Origin: Azolla caroliniana
Lineage: Eukaryota; Plantae; Polypodiophyta
Assembly (NCBI GenBank): GCA_043228905.1
Contig: JBHGNT010000020.1
Location: 13,392,001 to 13,456,000, forward strand
DNA length: 64,000 bases
Direction of reading: 5' to 3'
The translations under genes were made by a program, and so were the position numbers. Positions 39,301 through 52,000 of the stretch are shown here, in pieces. The number at the start of each line of letters is the position of its first letter. Position 1 is the first letter of the stretch. Under the pieces are notes generated by a model. That model saw nothing but the letters and a program-made list of their open reading frames with translations. It searched no databases and had not been told where the DNA came from.

Positions 39301-42300
39301 TGATATAGAAGAGACCAAAACGATGCTTGGACCCCCACAACCTTCTTCAGTGCCATGCCCCTCTTTCCCATGTTATAGGTCAATTTGTTACAAGCGGTTA
39401 CAAATCAATGACTATGAGCACGTCATCCTTGTCGTTGGCAACTGAAGGCCATTATCACCCGACACCAAAGGTGCTCGAGGTGCTTTCCTTGCTCTATAGA
39501 TTTTTGCATTTTGGGCGGTCCATGCTGGACATTTTTCAAGACGCAGAAGTTTTTCCATCTAAGCTCTGATTGCTAATGGGAGTATCCACATTCTCTCAAG
39601 AGCATATATGTATGTGCATATCCTTAACCAAATTCTTGAACGATAAACCAGTATACCTCAAGTTGTTTTACTAATTTATTTGTATTTATTTTGGTTTGTT
39701 GTTTTCCAATATGAGATAAATTTTCACTCATGGTCTCCCATTCAATCCCGTTCTTTCTTTCGACTCTGAGCAGTGACAAGATGTGTATACGATAAGAGAC
39801 TCGGTCACTTGGACGCATGGTCTAAGCAAAGTGCTTCAAATGATACAGCACTCAAAGATATATTTTTGAGGAAAAAGGGGTTTGCAAAAGAGACATCTAA
39901 ATGATAATTGCATTCTCTGAAGTTTCTCCAGAGGATAGTACATAGATCCCTTCAGAGTCCTGTATCTGAAGTCACATGAAATTAAATTTCAAATATGGGC
40001 TTTTTTCATCGATTACACTTGCCTATTTACCATGAGCCTTTGCTCTTGGCAAGCTTATAATCATTTTTCAGCATCATGGGTTTGTTCTATTTTTTCTTAG
40101 AAAATGGTGATTGTAAGATAAGTGTCTTACCTAAAATGCATTCATCGTTTTAGGTTCAAAATAATATAGCTAAATACATTTGCAATTTGAAGGGTTGACT
40201 ATTAGTGACAGTTTAACTCTTTACAAATTGAAAAAAAGTCTCGAATATACGTTAGTACGTCTCGCTCCTTTTCTCACCTAGTCCCAAATTTCATGCATCT
40301 TTGTCCATCACTCTTCAGAGCAGAGATAGAGAGTGACAGTGGTGCTTCACGTACTTGGCCTTATTTTATAGGAAATCCAATAAAAATGTTAACCTACTCT
40401 TGGGCACTGATGATGCAAGTAGCGATGACATGCGTAAGGTGGTTGACAGACTCTGTACTCATTGAGATTGAAATCTCTACTATGTATCTAGTTACTGTCT
40501 AATAAATTGATTGAAAATTCTAATTTTATTTTGTACTGAATTTGCTATAAGATCAGACAGTGGATATCGTGAACATGATAAAGCACATGCAAACGCGTCC
40601 ACAAAGAGCAAATAATGCAGAATGATAAATGTAACAATAAATTGAAGTCGATGATGATGACGATTATATATGTAGTTGACAACGATGGTATACAACAACA
40701 AAGAATCCTTAAAAGAAATATGAAAGAATAATTTAAAAATATTCAACCTCTTTTAACCTTTAGAGAAAGTTGATGCAAGGATATACCACTCCGAAAAGGA
40801 GAGATGGCCATGCCTCCATTACATCTCCTAATTCATCCGTCCGCAAAGTAAGACCTTTCAAAAACAAATAAAGCAGAGACCACAAAGTAAAGCAAGGTTC
40901 CTGCCATGATGCATCAAATGCATATTGCCATGTACAACATATATACTATGTAGCATTCTACATACCAGAAATCAAAAAACACGCAAACGTAGCCCATTTG
41001 GATAGTCCTTGTTCAAAGAGCTTCTTGCCCAGAGTGGGACAACTTAGGCCGAACAAAACTGCAAAGCTGAGAACTGTATGAAGAAAGAAAGATTTTAGAT
41101 GAACAATGGATCCAAAGGAGAGACTGTAGCCTAATCAGCAGAGTCTCGGTAGCGTCTCAAAATGCCGTAGTGAAGGGGGTAGCCAGTACCCTTGATACAC
41201 TCCAACACTAAGTCTCCCAAACCACCACGTGTTATAGGTCCTTATGGGTTTGCCCCAATTCTGGGAGAAACTTGTTTCCCAAATATCCTACCCTTAACCC
41301 ATTAAAATTAGCTTTAGGTTTGGTCCTTAAGGTTATTCCTAGATCAGTTTACATAACACGAATTTTTTAAGAGTGTGGAATACCAACGTGTATATCCTTA
41401 GCCAAATTCTTGGAGGGTAACACAGTAGCTCAGGAAGTTTAACTAATCTATTTATATTTAGTTTGGTTGATCATTCTCCAAAATGAGACAAAAAATTTCA
41501 GATTTAATCTCCCATTCGCCCTTTTGGCATCTTAAGGTAGTCAAGTCTGGCACTCGGATCAATAAAACAGCTGGCTGAAAATGGAGATATCATTGTTCAT
41601 ATACTGAAATGCAAGAATTTTTCCGTCCAATAGTGTAAGTATAAATGCATTACTCCCATCCAATCACCTGAACATGTCTAAAGTGGAAAAGTGTAGAGTG
41701 ATCTGAGCCAATGTTGGCCCCACAACATCACTTGGTAGAAAGATGCCCCCTGACAAGGCACTGTTTTTACCTGTCACGGGATGAAGTTATTACCAGGCCT
41801 TCTTCTATGGATACATATCTATCTCATGTGCTCTGTAGTGCAATATGCCAACTCAGAACATCTTCACATCACTTAGAAATTGAGATTGCAGGTATGCACG
41901 GAAACCAATGAAATAATGGATCTGCCAGCTGTGCCATCAGGGGTGATATCAGTCAAACAATGTTTGTTTGGTGTTTTTTATGAAATAAGAGGGAGATACC
42001 ATTGCCTCTTCAAACAAGACTTTAACCCACTACACAAGGTCACGGAATGCAAAGATCAAAGGTGCTTGGAATTTTTCTTGCTAGAACTCGAGAGACACAG
42101 AGAGAGGCTGTTGAAGGGCAATAATTAATTCCATCACAACAGCTCATCAACAGAGAACAATCACAGCTTTCTTTAGCTCCATCACTTCTCTTGTGCTACA
42201 AGAAAATCAAGGTCTACACAAGTGGAGTTTCAATCTCGACCCTCGAAAGGGGCTACAATAGATCAAGCAACAATGGTGTGTCATGCACAAAGGCTACGAC

Positions 42301-44057
42301 CATCTAGACCATGACCTCATTACCCTTTTCATCGACAAATAAAAGCCATTATCACCTGGCACAGAAGGTACTTCACTTGCTTCAGAGATCTCCCCATCTC
42401 GAAAAACAAAAGTTTCAGGCTATCTAAGTTCAGAATCTTATGCTCTTGTATATCTAGATTCTTACGCAACTTGTGTTAGTAATATTTATTTTGATTTATT
42501 GTTCTCAAAGACAGCAAAAAATTTTAAGATGTAAAACTCCAGTTTGGTCTTACAGGACATTTTAACCTCTTTCTTTCTTTCCAACTCCAAGAAAGAAGAG
42601 GCAAAATGTCTCCCACCACAGATCCATTGAAAAAAATGAGGTGAAAAATGTCATTTTCCTAGTTCTTAACTTATCCAAAGGCCTGCATGGATAATTGTGT
42701 AGAATAAAAAGTCTTAGATCCTATCTAATACAGCGATTGAAGCTAGTCCCAATGTAGTATAACGCAATGTGGAAATGTGTGATATTTAGTCCTAATCTAT
42801 AGCATAGGAGGTCCCAAATGAAAATAAATCAAAATGATTATCTTTGTTTTGAACGGAGTTGGAGATCAAACTCATAAAATGTAGCTGGAAAATACAAATG
42901 ACCATAAAACACTCACTTGAAGGTAAAAAATTGGTACGTAAAAACCGGAAAGTGCCATTGATGATCTGTGATGCAGTTGTTATAAATAGCTTGTTTCTTT
43001 TTCCAATGTGTTCCTGTTATTTTAAGAAATTTATATTGATGTTTTTAATATTAGTAAATCGATATACGGTATGAATGGTTTGTTAATCAAGACAACCACT
43101 AAATTTCAAAAAGACCTTACTTTTATTGATTTATCAGAAATGAGTGTAACACGATATCACAGTAAAGTTTTTGTTCCTTTCTTTTCTTATAGGAAGGAAA
43201 TCCAACGCATACAAAACTTACTATAGCATTGACATTCCACGATATTCAAACCAAATATGTGAAATTAAATATTGATGGATATCTTAAGCTTTCACTTGAC
43301 ACTTCACAATTATACAAAATATATGGACGTGAATAATTTACTTGACATTTATCAAATGCGTAGCAAAGATAAATGTCATTATTGTTTCAATGAAGGATTT
43401 GTCAAGCATTTACTTGAGATTACAAGAGCACACCAATATCGAGTTGACTCGCTGATGAATATCACACATTTACTTGAGGTTACACAATTATACAACTGGT
43501 TGATACCAAAATGTTCAAGTTATATTAAGCATTTACTTGACATTGCACAAACATACAACAGATTGATGCCGACATTCGAAAAATATATTAAGCATTTACT
43601 TGACATTACAAAGGTTTCTATCAAATATAAATGAGTTTATTGGATATGTTAAGCAGTTAGCTTGACATTATGTTACAATTATATATTTTCCCATTGTGGT
43701 ATTGATTTATAGATAGATTTATATTGATCTTTTCACCAGACATTTGAGCAATAAGAAAAAAAAAGATGTCACCAATGATTCCCGAACTATAATTTAAGCA
43801 AATACCAAATGTATATAGAGAAACATACTAACTTGATTATGATGATTTTCATCTTGAGCTTTGCAAATGGTGAGCCGAGGTGCTTTCAACAAGGTCGTAG
43901 GCGAGGAAGGATGCAACAAAACTTTGTGGGAACGAAGCATCGTATGCAAGGGATGAGATTGATCTAGCTTGCAACCTCTGAGAGAGAGATGGAGCCTGGT
44001 AGGAACAGGAAATACAGTGGATAACGGATTCTGCAGAGCTACAAGACGCATCGCCAT
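30341..44057 (-). CDS. BASS4: Plastid sodium/metabolite cotransporter BASS4-like (bile acid:sodium symporter family), ~430 aa, 14 exons
   Basis: Exons 44057..43833, 43013..42917, 41073..40966, 40854..40787, 37040..36962, 36877..36819, 36745..36677, 35816..35703, 35405..35384, 33814..33747, 33362..33277, 33208..33085, 30716..30615, 30412..30341 (1293 nt, all GT-AG, in frame). Transit-peptide-like N-terminus; motifs NFLP, SGLTLRT, FCCVPTTLSSGVALTQ, SNLLGILTVPF, VPWMQVS, SQKTFP and GEAGLLVLPC. Confidence 0.88.
31080..32050 (+). mobile_element. Decayed RTE-like LINE fragment in BASS4 intron 12
   Basis: Endonuclease/RT-like peptides GKHLLELNSRHHLVICN, RAFSTTDHIL and LLYTDDIILF, with many stops and deletions. 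Confidence 0.65.
32400..32790 (-). mobile_element. Decayed RTE-like LINE RT fragment in BASS4 intron 12
   Basis: The - strand translates to LLHADDIVLISDTPE..RQL..VNIDRTEVMVFNT (RT YADD region). Confidence 0.7.
38040..38760 (+). mobile_element. Decayed RTE-like LINE RT fragment in BASS4 intron 4
   Basis: GFTTLDYILT, a ..FSKA..T(I)P-like stretch, KTKTMVFN and YLGFTFTGP-like peptides in broken frames. Confidence 0.6.
41720..42480 (+). mobile_element. RTE-like LINE 3' fragment in BASS4 intron 2
   Basis: ORFs 41711..41911 and 41880..42128 give AICQLRTSSHHLEIE and FYEIRGRYHCLF, typical of RTE ORF C-termini. Confidence 0.65.
43280..43670. repeat. Array of 7 conserved ~20-24-bp palindromic cores (T(C/T)AAG-N6-CTTGA) separated by variable spacers, in BASS4 intron 1
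   Basis: (A/G)CTTGA cores at 43294, 43340, 43412, 43472, 43535, 43598 and 43660 (spacings 46, 72, 60, 63, 63, 62). Confidence 0.85.
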
Positions 44058-44799
44058 AGATAGTATCCACACAGAAGTGATCTCTGAGTGTGTGTGTGTG
44101 TGTGTGTGTGTCTCTCTCTCTCTCTCGATTATCCAAATTGTGTGGAGAGATATGGAGAGATAAACTTACAGGCCTCAGATAGCTAACATTTTTAAATTTA
44201 TACATTACTTCTTTCCAAAGACTCTCAGCAGCCTGCACTTTTTAAAGAGGAACTTAGTTTGGCAATAAAGATATAGCTTGTCTACTTGCAGCTTGACTTT
44301 AACTTTTAATTCCAACTTTTAATTCTAATATAATGCAATTTTGATCCTCTTTTCTCAAAAAAATTGGCTTCGATTCGTTGTCTTATTGAGGGTGCGATGA
44401 CCACGATTCTTGATTTCGAAAGTGAACTTTGGAAAATTAATTTTTGGTTAGAGCCATAAAAGGAACGTTATACCCCGTCTCCTCATCACATCAATCATTA
44501 TGTTATATCTTCCTAGAACTTTCTAATGAAGACACAAGTGTGCAATCGATACAATTGATTGCACATTTGATTGCTTGCTTGGCATATAACTCTGTGTGCA
44601 ATTGATTGCACACTTGATTTCTTGCTTGGCATGGTGTAACAAAATCAAATGGTGTGATTTGCTCATGAACCTCGCTCACTCCAACATTGGAATGAAGGGA
44701 GATACTCTAGCATGATAAAGACAGTCATAACTCTCACGGTCTAATTAGAAATTTTAGTTTTTCAACTTGAGAGAAATTTTTGGTCACCCTAATTGAGCG

Positions 44800-44950
44800 A
44801 TTACATGGCACCACTCTATGCCTTCATGGTGAAGGTGAAGACCTTCTCCAAGCAGGAAAGCTTCACAAAAGTCCATCATGACCCTCAGTGGATGGATGTC
44901 ACAAAGGAGGAGATGCAAAGTTCACGACAAAACAATGTAATATGGAACCA
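44800..44950 (+). mobile_element. Ty1/copia RT N-terminal remnant
   Basis: ESFTKVHHDPQWMDVTKEEMQSSRQNNVIW resembles the copia EP.SF.EA..DP.W..AM.EE..SL..N.TW motif. Confidence 0.55.
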
Positions 44951-45526
44951 TGGACAACACTTGGGGAGCATACAATTTTCAACGACATTGGTAGGCACAA
45001 ATCCGCTGAATTTACAAATCTCGAGGAGCAAGCAGTGTCATGTCAATACAAGGCAGTTGAGCATGATGGGGCATGATGAGATAACAAGCTCAGGCCACAC
45101 ATTATCATAGGGCACGTGCGTGGGATGGTAAAGTCCACACCATTGATGTGATGAATCAAGGGATTCATTTGAACTTGATGAAGTAAGTGGGTGGATACAT
45201 GCTAAATATACATCATATACATACATCGGCGTTTCTATTTGCAACCAAATAAAAAAGAGACCTAATGAGCAAATCATGGTCACAAATTGTGTAGGGCATG
45301 GTTCGGTAATCCCGTTGCAATCCACACCTTCATATCATTATCCTAATTCCTGTTTAAGGTTTAGGTTTATACATAAGCAATTTGAAACCCTGAGAGACAA
45401 ATGGTATATGGTTATATACAAACCAACAAACTTAGCAAGACACAAATAAAGAACAAGGCCATATATGGGCAACAACAAACGGGGAAGTCATCATGATTAG
45501 ATGGCTTATAGGAAATACCACATTTC

Positions 45527-46170
45527 ATGGTTATTGCATATATACGTGTCGTGAAGACAATGCAATTGGAGGGTGATGCGATATGCCTAGTCTATTTTTA
45601 CATATTTGACATATGTTCTAAATGTGGCCTACTTAAAGATGCAACGGAGGTATTTGATTTTTTGCGTGTTCAAGATGTTGTATCTTGGAATGCTCTTCTA
45701 ACAGGATACGACGAGCATGGTCTAGGTGAGCAAGTCTTGCATGGTTTCCAAAAAATGCAACAATATGGTATTTCTTTAACTTTAGCAACATTAGCCACTA
45801 GCTTGAGAGCTTGTACAATCTTAGAGGCATTAGATCAAGGGTAGATTGTATTGGTAGAATTTTCTCAAGAAGGTGGCTCAGTTGAAGAAACTCGGGTTAT
45901 ATTTGGTGGAGTGTAGTGCTTTGGTGGACATGTATGCCAAATGTGCCCCCCCTCGAAGAAGCTCAAGATATTTTTGATAGTCTTCATGTTCATGATGTTT
46001 GACATGGACCACACTAATTGTTGCTTAAACCTTGCATTAAGCATGGCATGGTGAGGAAGCGTTGCAATGTTTGTGGAAACATGGGGTCCGTTAAGAAGGG
46101 CAAAGATTTCCATAAGGATGTTGTTATGAAGGGTTTCGATACAGATTCCTTCATTGGAACGTATTAATGG
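45527..46170 (+). pseudogene. PLS-class pentatricopeptide-repeat (PPR) pseudogene fragment
   Basis: KCGLLKDATEVFDFLRVQDVVSWNALLTGYDEHGLGEQVLHGFQKMQQYG..LRAC is followed by an in-frame TAG at 45842-45844. A second broken motif (LVDMYAKC..LEEAQDIFD) follows at ~45920. Confidence 0.85.
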
Positions 46171-46247
46171 ATCATTCTCTTCATTGTTACAAGTTACAAC
46201 ATATGGTAGTCTTTTAGCTCAATTTGAGTATACATTACATATTTAAC

Positions 46248-46535
46248 ATATGCAACTCTATAGAAAATTTGAGTGGTGACGAAATTTTGAATATATATGG
46301 TCTTCCAAAAAAATGTGTGACATTCGAAATATATGTGGTCTTTTGAATTCTACACATACAAGTGGAAAAACAATAAATGGAGCATACGTTACATATTTGG
46401 CATATACAACTCTATAGAAAATTTTAGTGGTGATGAAATTTTGAATATATCCGGTCTTCCAAAAATATATACGATATTTGGAATATTTGTGGTTTTTGAA
46501 TTTTGCACATACAAATGGAAAAAGAATAAATGGCA
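46248..46535. repeat. Tandem duplication of a ~154-bp unit
   Basis: CAACTCTATAGAAAATTTT..GTGGTGA(C/T)GAAATTTTGAATATAT..GGTCTTCCAAAAA..AATAAATGG occurs at ~46253 and ~46407. Confidence 0.85.
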
Positions 46536-48256
46536 CGAGTCTCTTAAAGATATGCTATAACTTACAACTTATAACTTATATATATGAGCTTTGAAATTTA
46601 CAAATTTTCTTATCTTTGACAAATGTGAATCTTTGGAATTTACAATTTTTTTTAGGTAGGTATATATGCAATATTTGAAATTAATTTACAAAAGCCGTGT
46701 CGCAAAGTTGAGGCATACTGAAACAAAGTTATCATGGTAGCTCAATGTTGGCTTTGTATGTGGCAAAGCTTTCATGGCAATGAGCATAGGCTTTTATTCG
46801 TGACTCATATTATGGCCACCAAAACTTCGTGTATTCTTCAACTTTGATATGTGAGACATCAAAATACCACAATATAATGATTGAATGTATTTGCATATTT
46901 GAAATACGAGATAGTAGAGTTGTACTAAGATGTATGTGGAATGGATTACATGCATCCACTAATGTATGTGTTTCAAGTACAAAAATGTATGAGTATGTAT
47001 ATAAAATTATGGTAACTTTTGAAGATATAACCATGACTTGCAACATAATTCAGATTCCTAGACACCACTTTTCTTTCGGAAAACATTGTAAGCCATGGAT
47101 GAAAAATTATAGAGAGAGGTTGTAGTACAAAGTGTAGAACCAACAATATAGACGAATGCACAATGTAGAGTTCATTTCGAACATGCATGCGCAATGTAGT
47201 GTCCTCTGTAAGTGAGGTTATAGCCCTTATCCACATGCGATTTGGCACATCAATCTTAAGGTAAAAATATCCCTAGTAAGATATATGACTTAATCACACT
47301 ATCAAGTTTACAATAACAACTACTTGTGAAAATACTATTATTCAAGAATTACAAAGATCATGCATACATAGAAATTCTAACGGAATGTTATAGTCAATTC
47401 ATCCACCCAAAATGTTCATCTACCTTCATCCAATATCTCAACATTTCTTCACTCATTAAAAAAATTGCATTCAATTGACTCCAACTTTATTATGAAATGT
47501 TAGTAGATCTTCACATTTGTGGTTATTCAAAAACAAGAAAAGCTCATCATTCACTCACTTTTACAAGCATTTGCATACATAGTTGATGCCATATCCATCA
47601 TGCTTCATTTCAATAAGAGCTACTAAACCTATTTCCCCAATCATAATGCCCTAACTTCGAACGCTGTTGGACAAGTTCCCTAAATCCGCAAGCATCACAT
47701 CCATAAAAGTTGAGAAAACAGTTTAATTTTCACCAAATCAACTTGTAATGTATTCGCATCCACAAGTGCAAGTGAACTTATAACATGGAAACATAGAGGC
47801 AAAAAATGTTGCATTTCCTGCGTCCATTGCATATGAAAACAATTTGGGGAAATTCCTAGGACAAAACTGGGAGGAATTATGACAAGTGAAGATTTGTAAT
47901 TTTTTTATCCAAATGTGACAACTTATCCTCCCATTTTATAAGTCTAGTTTCATTAGAGGGAACCACATTTGATCACATGAAGCCTCAAATACAATTTGCC
48001 AAGATAAAGAGAGATGTGGTTAGTCATGCAAGCAAAAAAGATAGCATTGACCCAATTCAAGAAATTGTGTCAATTATAATTTATGACATAGATAAAAAAA
48101 CGAGATCACCCATTTTACGTAATCCATAGGATATATGTGAAATGGATTAGATAGTACAATCTCAATGATGTAGATTATCATGTTGTGATTGATCATACGT
48201 GATGGATGTGCATACAATAATATACAATTGAGTAAGATTGATACTCACTCACTCAC

Positions 48257-48351
48257 TCTAGATGCCACTATGGAATGTAAGGGTTGGAACCCATGACCAC
48301 TTGGTCTCCATTGGAGGCAACCTTACCACCTGAACTACATCCATTTGGGCG
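48257..48351 (-). mobile_element. tRNA-derived SINE, copy 3
   Basis: The - strand reads GGATGTAGTTCAGGTGGTAAGGTTGCC..GGTCATGGGTTCCAACCC..GGCATCTAG followed by (GAGT)n. Its 5' flank is a (TG)n tract. Confidence 0.8.
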
Positions 48352-48761
48352 CGCACACACACACACACACACAAAAAATCTATGATGTACCTGACACAAA
48401 CAAATATAATAATCCAATTATATATATATACATATATTTTATGTTACCTAGGTTAGACATGATAGACGCAAGACAGGGATGGGTTAGACGTGACAAAGGT
48501 TGGACAGAGCTAGGTTAGACGTGACAAACTCATGGATAGAGTCAAGTTCAATGCGATAGATGCATGGATAGGTTTGGTCAGAGCCGGGTAACAAAATCCA
48601 ACGACTTGGGTTAGAAGGACAGAACCGAGTTAGTTATGGGCGCACGCTTCTTGTGGATAATGATCTGATGATGCAGATCGCATGTAATTATTGAAACGCG
48701 CATTGCTCAGTGATTCCCTCACCAGGCCTCTTTATGATTTGGTAGCAAATAGAAACGAGCT

Positions 48762-48870
48762 ACATACATAGATACATAGATACATAGATACATACATAGA
48801 TACATACATAGATACATACATAGATACATAGATACATAGATACATAGATACATAGATACATAGATACATA
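48762..48870. repeat. (ACATAGAT)n / (ACAT)n simple-repeat array ~160 bp upstream of the UNC93-like ATG
   Basis: Read directly from the sequence. Confidence 0.95.
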
Positions 48871-49032
48871 TTAGGTATCCCATTCAATGAATCTCTCATA
48901 TTCAAGCAATACCCCTCCGGGTTTCTTATAATTGCACCGAATACCCCCTCCTGTTTCTTCCTTCTGCAGTCTGTAGATGTACCTATATACATACATGGAT
49001 CATTTTCCGTTTCGCCTCTCCACTGACAGGCG

Positions 49033-52000
49033 ATGATGGAACCCCGCGGCGAATCGCAGGAAGCCAGTGAAGTTGATTCTCTGCTCCTCCTCGGGGTCTC
49101 CAGCTCTAATGCAACTGTAGGTAGCAGAAATGTCCGAGATCTATACGTTCTCAGCATCAGCTTCCTCTTCGTCTTCTTGGCATACGGAGCAACGCAGAAC
49201 TTAGAAAGCAGCCTTAACTCGGTCAGTATTCATACATACATACATACATACATACATACATTATTACATATATATATATATATATAAATATATATTTAGA
49301 AATTGGAACCATTCAGTTTGTCTGTACTTATATATATATATATATATATATATGTATGCACACATGCACAATCATGTATGTACCTGCACACACATGCATA
49401 CGGTATTGGTGGGAAACCTGAAGTCAGGCGAAAACCCAATATGAATATTTACAGCGGGTTATATTAGAACATTCAAAAGATAGGGCATTAATAGGCCATG
49501 AGAAACACAAAGATACCTGTAGGGAATACCTAAATAACCGACGTGGATCAGAAGCTCAATGGTCAATATTCTACTAATTTCATATAGTCCAGAATCTCCA
49601 TCAGGCCTGTTGAAGGACTGTAGGTCTCGCATTTTACAAAGGTAAAGAGCCAAAAGAAGCTACATACACATATACAAACATGCAAACACATCAGAAAGTA
49701 AGACCTCAAGTAGATATTTGTGCATACATGGACATATATATGTAAATTCACGTCTTTGTTGTTTAATACATTATATCACTTGTGGCAAATCTCAATGTAA
49801 GCTGGAAACAATAAAAAAATTTATACATACGCATACACAATCCCACAAGTCCAAATACTCATATACAAACATACAAACACACCAGAAAGTAAGATCTCAA
49901 GTAGATATTTATGCATGGACATATATATGTAAATACACATTATCCTTTGTTGTTTAATACGTTAGATCACTTGTGGCAAATCTCAATGTGAGCTGAAAAC
50001 AATAAAAAATAAATTATAAATATGCATACACAATCCCACAAATCCAAATGCATCCGCATACTTACACACACAAAGTAGATAAATGTATATATCTACATGT
50101 TTATGTGAATATACATGATGTATATGCATATACCATTTGTTCGTTGGTGAAGAACAATGGACTATTGGTGGGAAACGTTAATGTGATGTGAAAACCCACA
50201 ACAAATATGTCAATGTAATGTCTTCAGACTTGAAACATGTGAAGATGGCATGTCAGAAGTTGCTTGCGTATTGCATCTGTTTACATGCACATTGCGCACA
50301 TGCATGTACATATGTATATTGTACCCATGTCAATAAGCCATGATTCAAGCATAACCATATCAATTGAGCAATAATTAATATCCAATGCATATCAACTAGT
50401 CTTAAATTATAAGTAGAATAACTAGCAGCAATCATCATCATAAATCTTACATATATCAATACAAGTAACAACTAATATGGAAGGATCATATCTACAGATC
50501 ATTGTCAGTGTGAATCAAGCATAACCAATATAAAGCAAGTGTAGACAATACATATCAAGTGACAATAAACAATAAGGACAATGTACATACTATGTCTTTT
50601 ATGCATGTTCATAGGCATACGAAAATGCACTCATTTTTTTATTTGATTCTTTTGTCATTTCTTAAGGATGCTGGCCTGGGTTCCATATCATTGGGAGTCT
50701 TGTACTTTTCACTTACTTTCTTTTCTATTGGAGCACCTGTAATTGTCAAGTGGCTCGGTTCAAAATATGGGATTCTATTGGGGCTGTCTGGTTATTGGGT
50801 TTTCATGGTAGCAAACCTCTTCCCTAGCTGGTAAGGAACCTTTCCATAAATGTCCATGCATATATATGTATGTGTGCGCGCGTGTATATGTACGATACAT
50901 ACACACTTACATGCATCCATACATTACACACATATGCATGCATTCATATATACACATATACATGCATCCTTATATGCATGCATGTTTTATGCTTTCATTA
51001 TCTTTGTGTTCTTTTATGTTCAGGTACTCCATGATCCCTGCCTCAGTATTTCTTGGGTTTACTGCGTCATTGCTATGGGTAGCACAGGTTAGCTTGAACC
51101 TTGAATGAAGCTGTTTTCTTTTTGCATATTTGGTGGAGATTCATTCAAGGTGCTTTACCACATTCAGGGCACTTACATTACGTCTGCTGCTATAGCTCAT
51201 GCAGCTGAAATGAAACTGGATGGAGAGGGAGTCATTGGGAAATTCAATGGAGTATTTTGGGGGTTCTTTGCATCTCATCAAGTAATTGCTATGTTAATAT
51301 GTAATATGTATTAACTCATGCAAGGAAAATATGTTTTCTCCATGATGTTGCATTGAATACAATGTCCTAGAATGGGCTGTTTGTTCTGCTCTATACAAAT
51401 TATGAATTGCTCTTTAAGGCTTCTTATTAAACATGACTTGTATAACTTGTGATATGATCATTGATATATTTTACCCTTTGATTTAGTATCAAAATTTGTA
51501 TAAAACGTCAGCATTATTTAAAGGTTATTTTCTCGCTTCTATGAAAAATATAGTCATGTTTTCTTAAGTGTTGATATAGCTAGAGGGGCTTCAACTGTCC
51601 AATTTAAATGGCATGTCATGTTTTATGTAAGGCATTATCTATGTCTCATATATGCATTAATTTCTCCATGCTTCCTTCATTATCTGAGGTTAACTTATGA
51701 CCAGCATTTCTGATCATTGTGTCTTACTCCGTTACATTCTGAAGGATGGTTTTGGTTGATTTGCATAGATTGCTGTCATATATATTGTGGTGTATAACCG
51801 TATCTTGGTGTGTAGGTTTCTCATTTGGCATTATGTATTCTGTATAATCTTTTGATTACTGCATGGCCTTCACCAGACTTCTTTTAAGATGTAACAAAGT
51901 CTTTATGGAGCTCAACCATGGTGAAAGGCCATTGGCTTGGAAATCAATTTTTATTTTTATTTTTCCAGGTAATTGGGAATTTGCTGTCTCTGTTTCTTCT

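Noticed and set aside
43280-43670. Bona fide CRISPR array
   Set aside because: Eukaryotic intron, degenerate repeats, uneven and partly related spacers, no cas genes. Kept only as an unexplained array.
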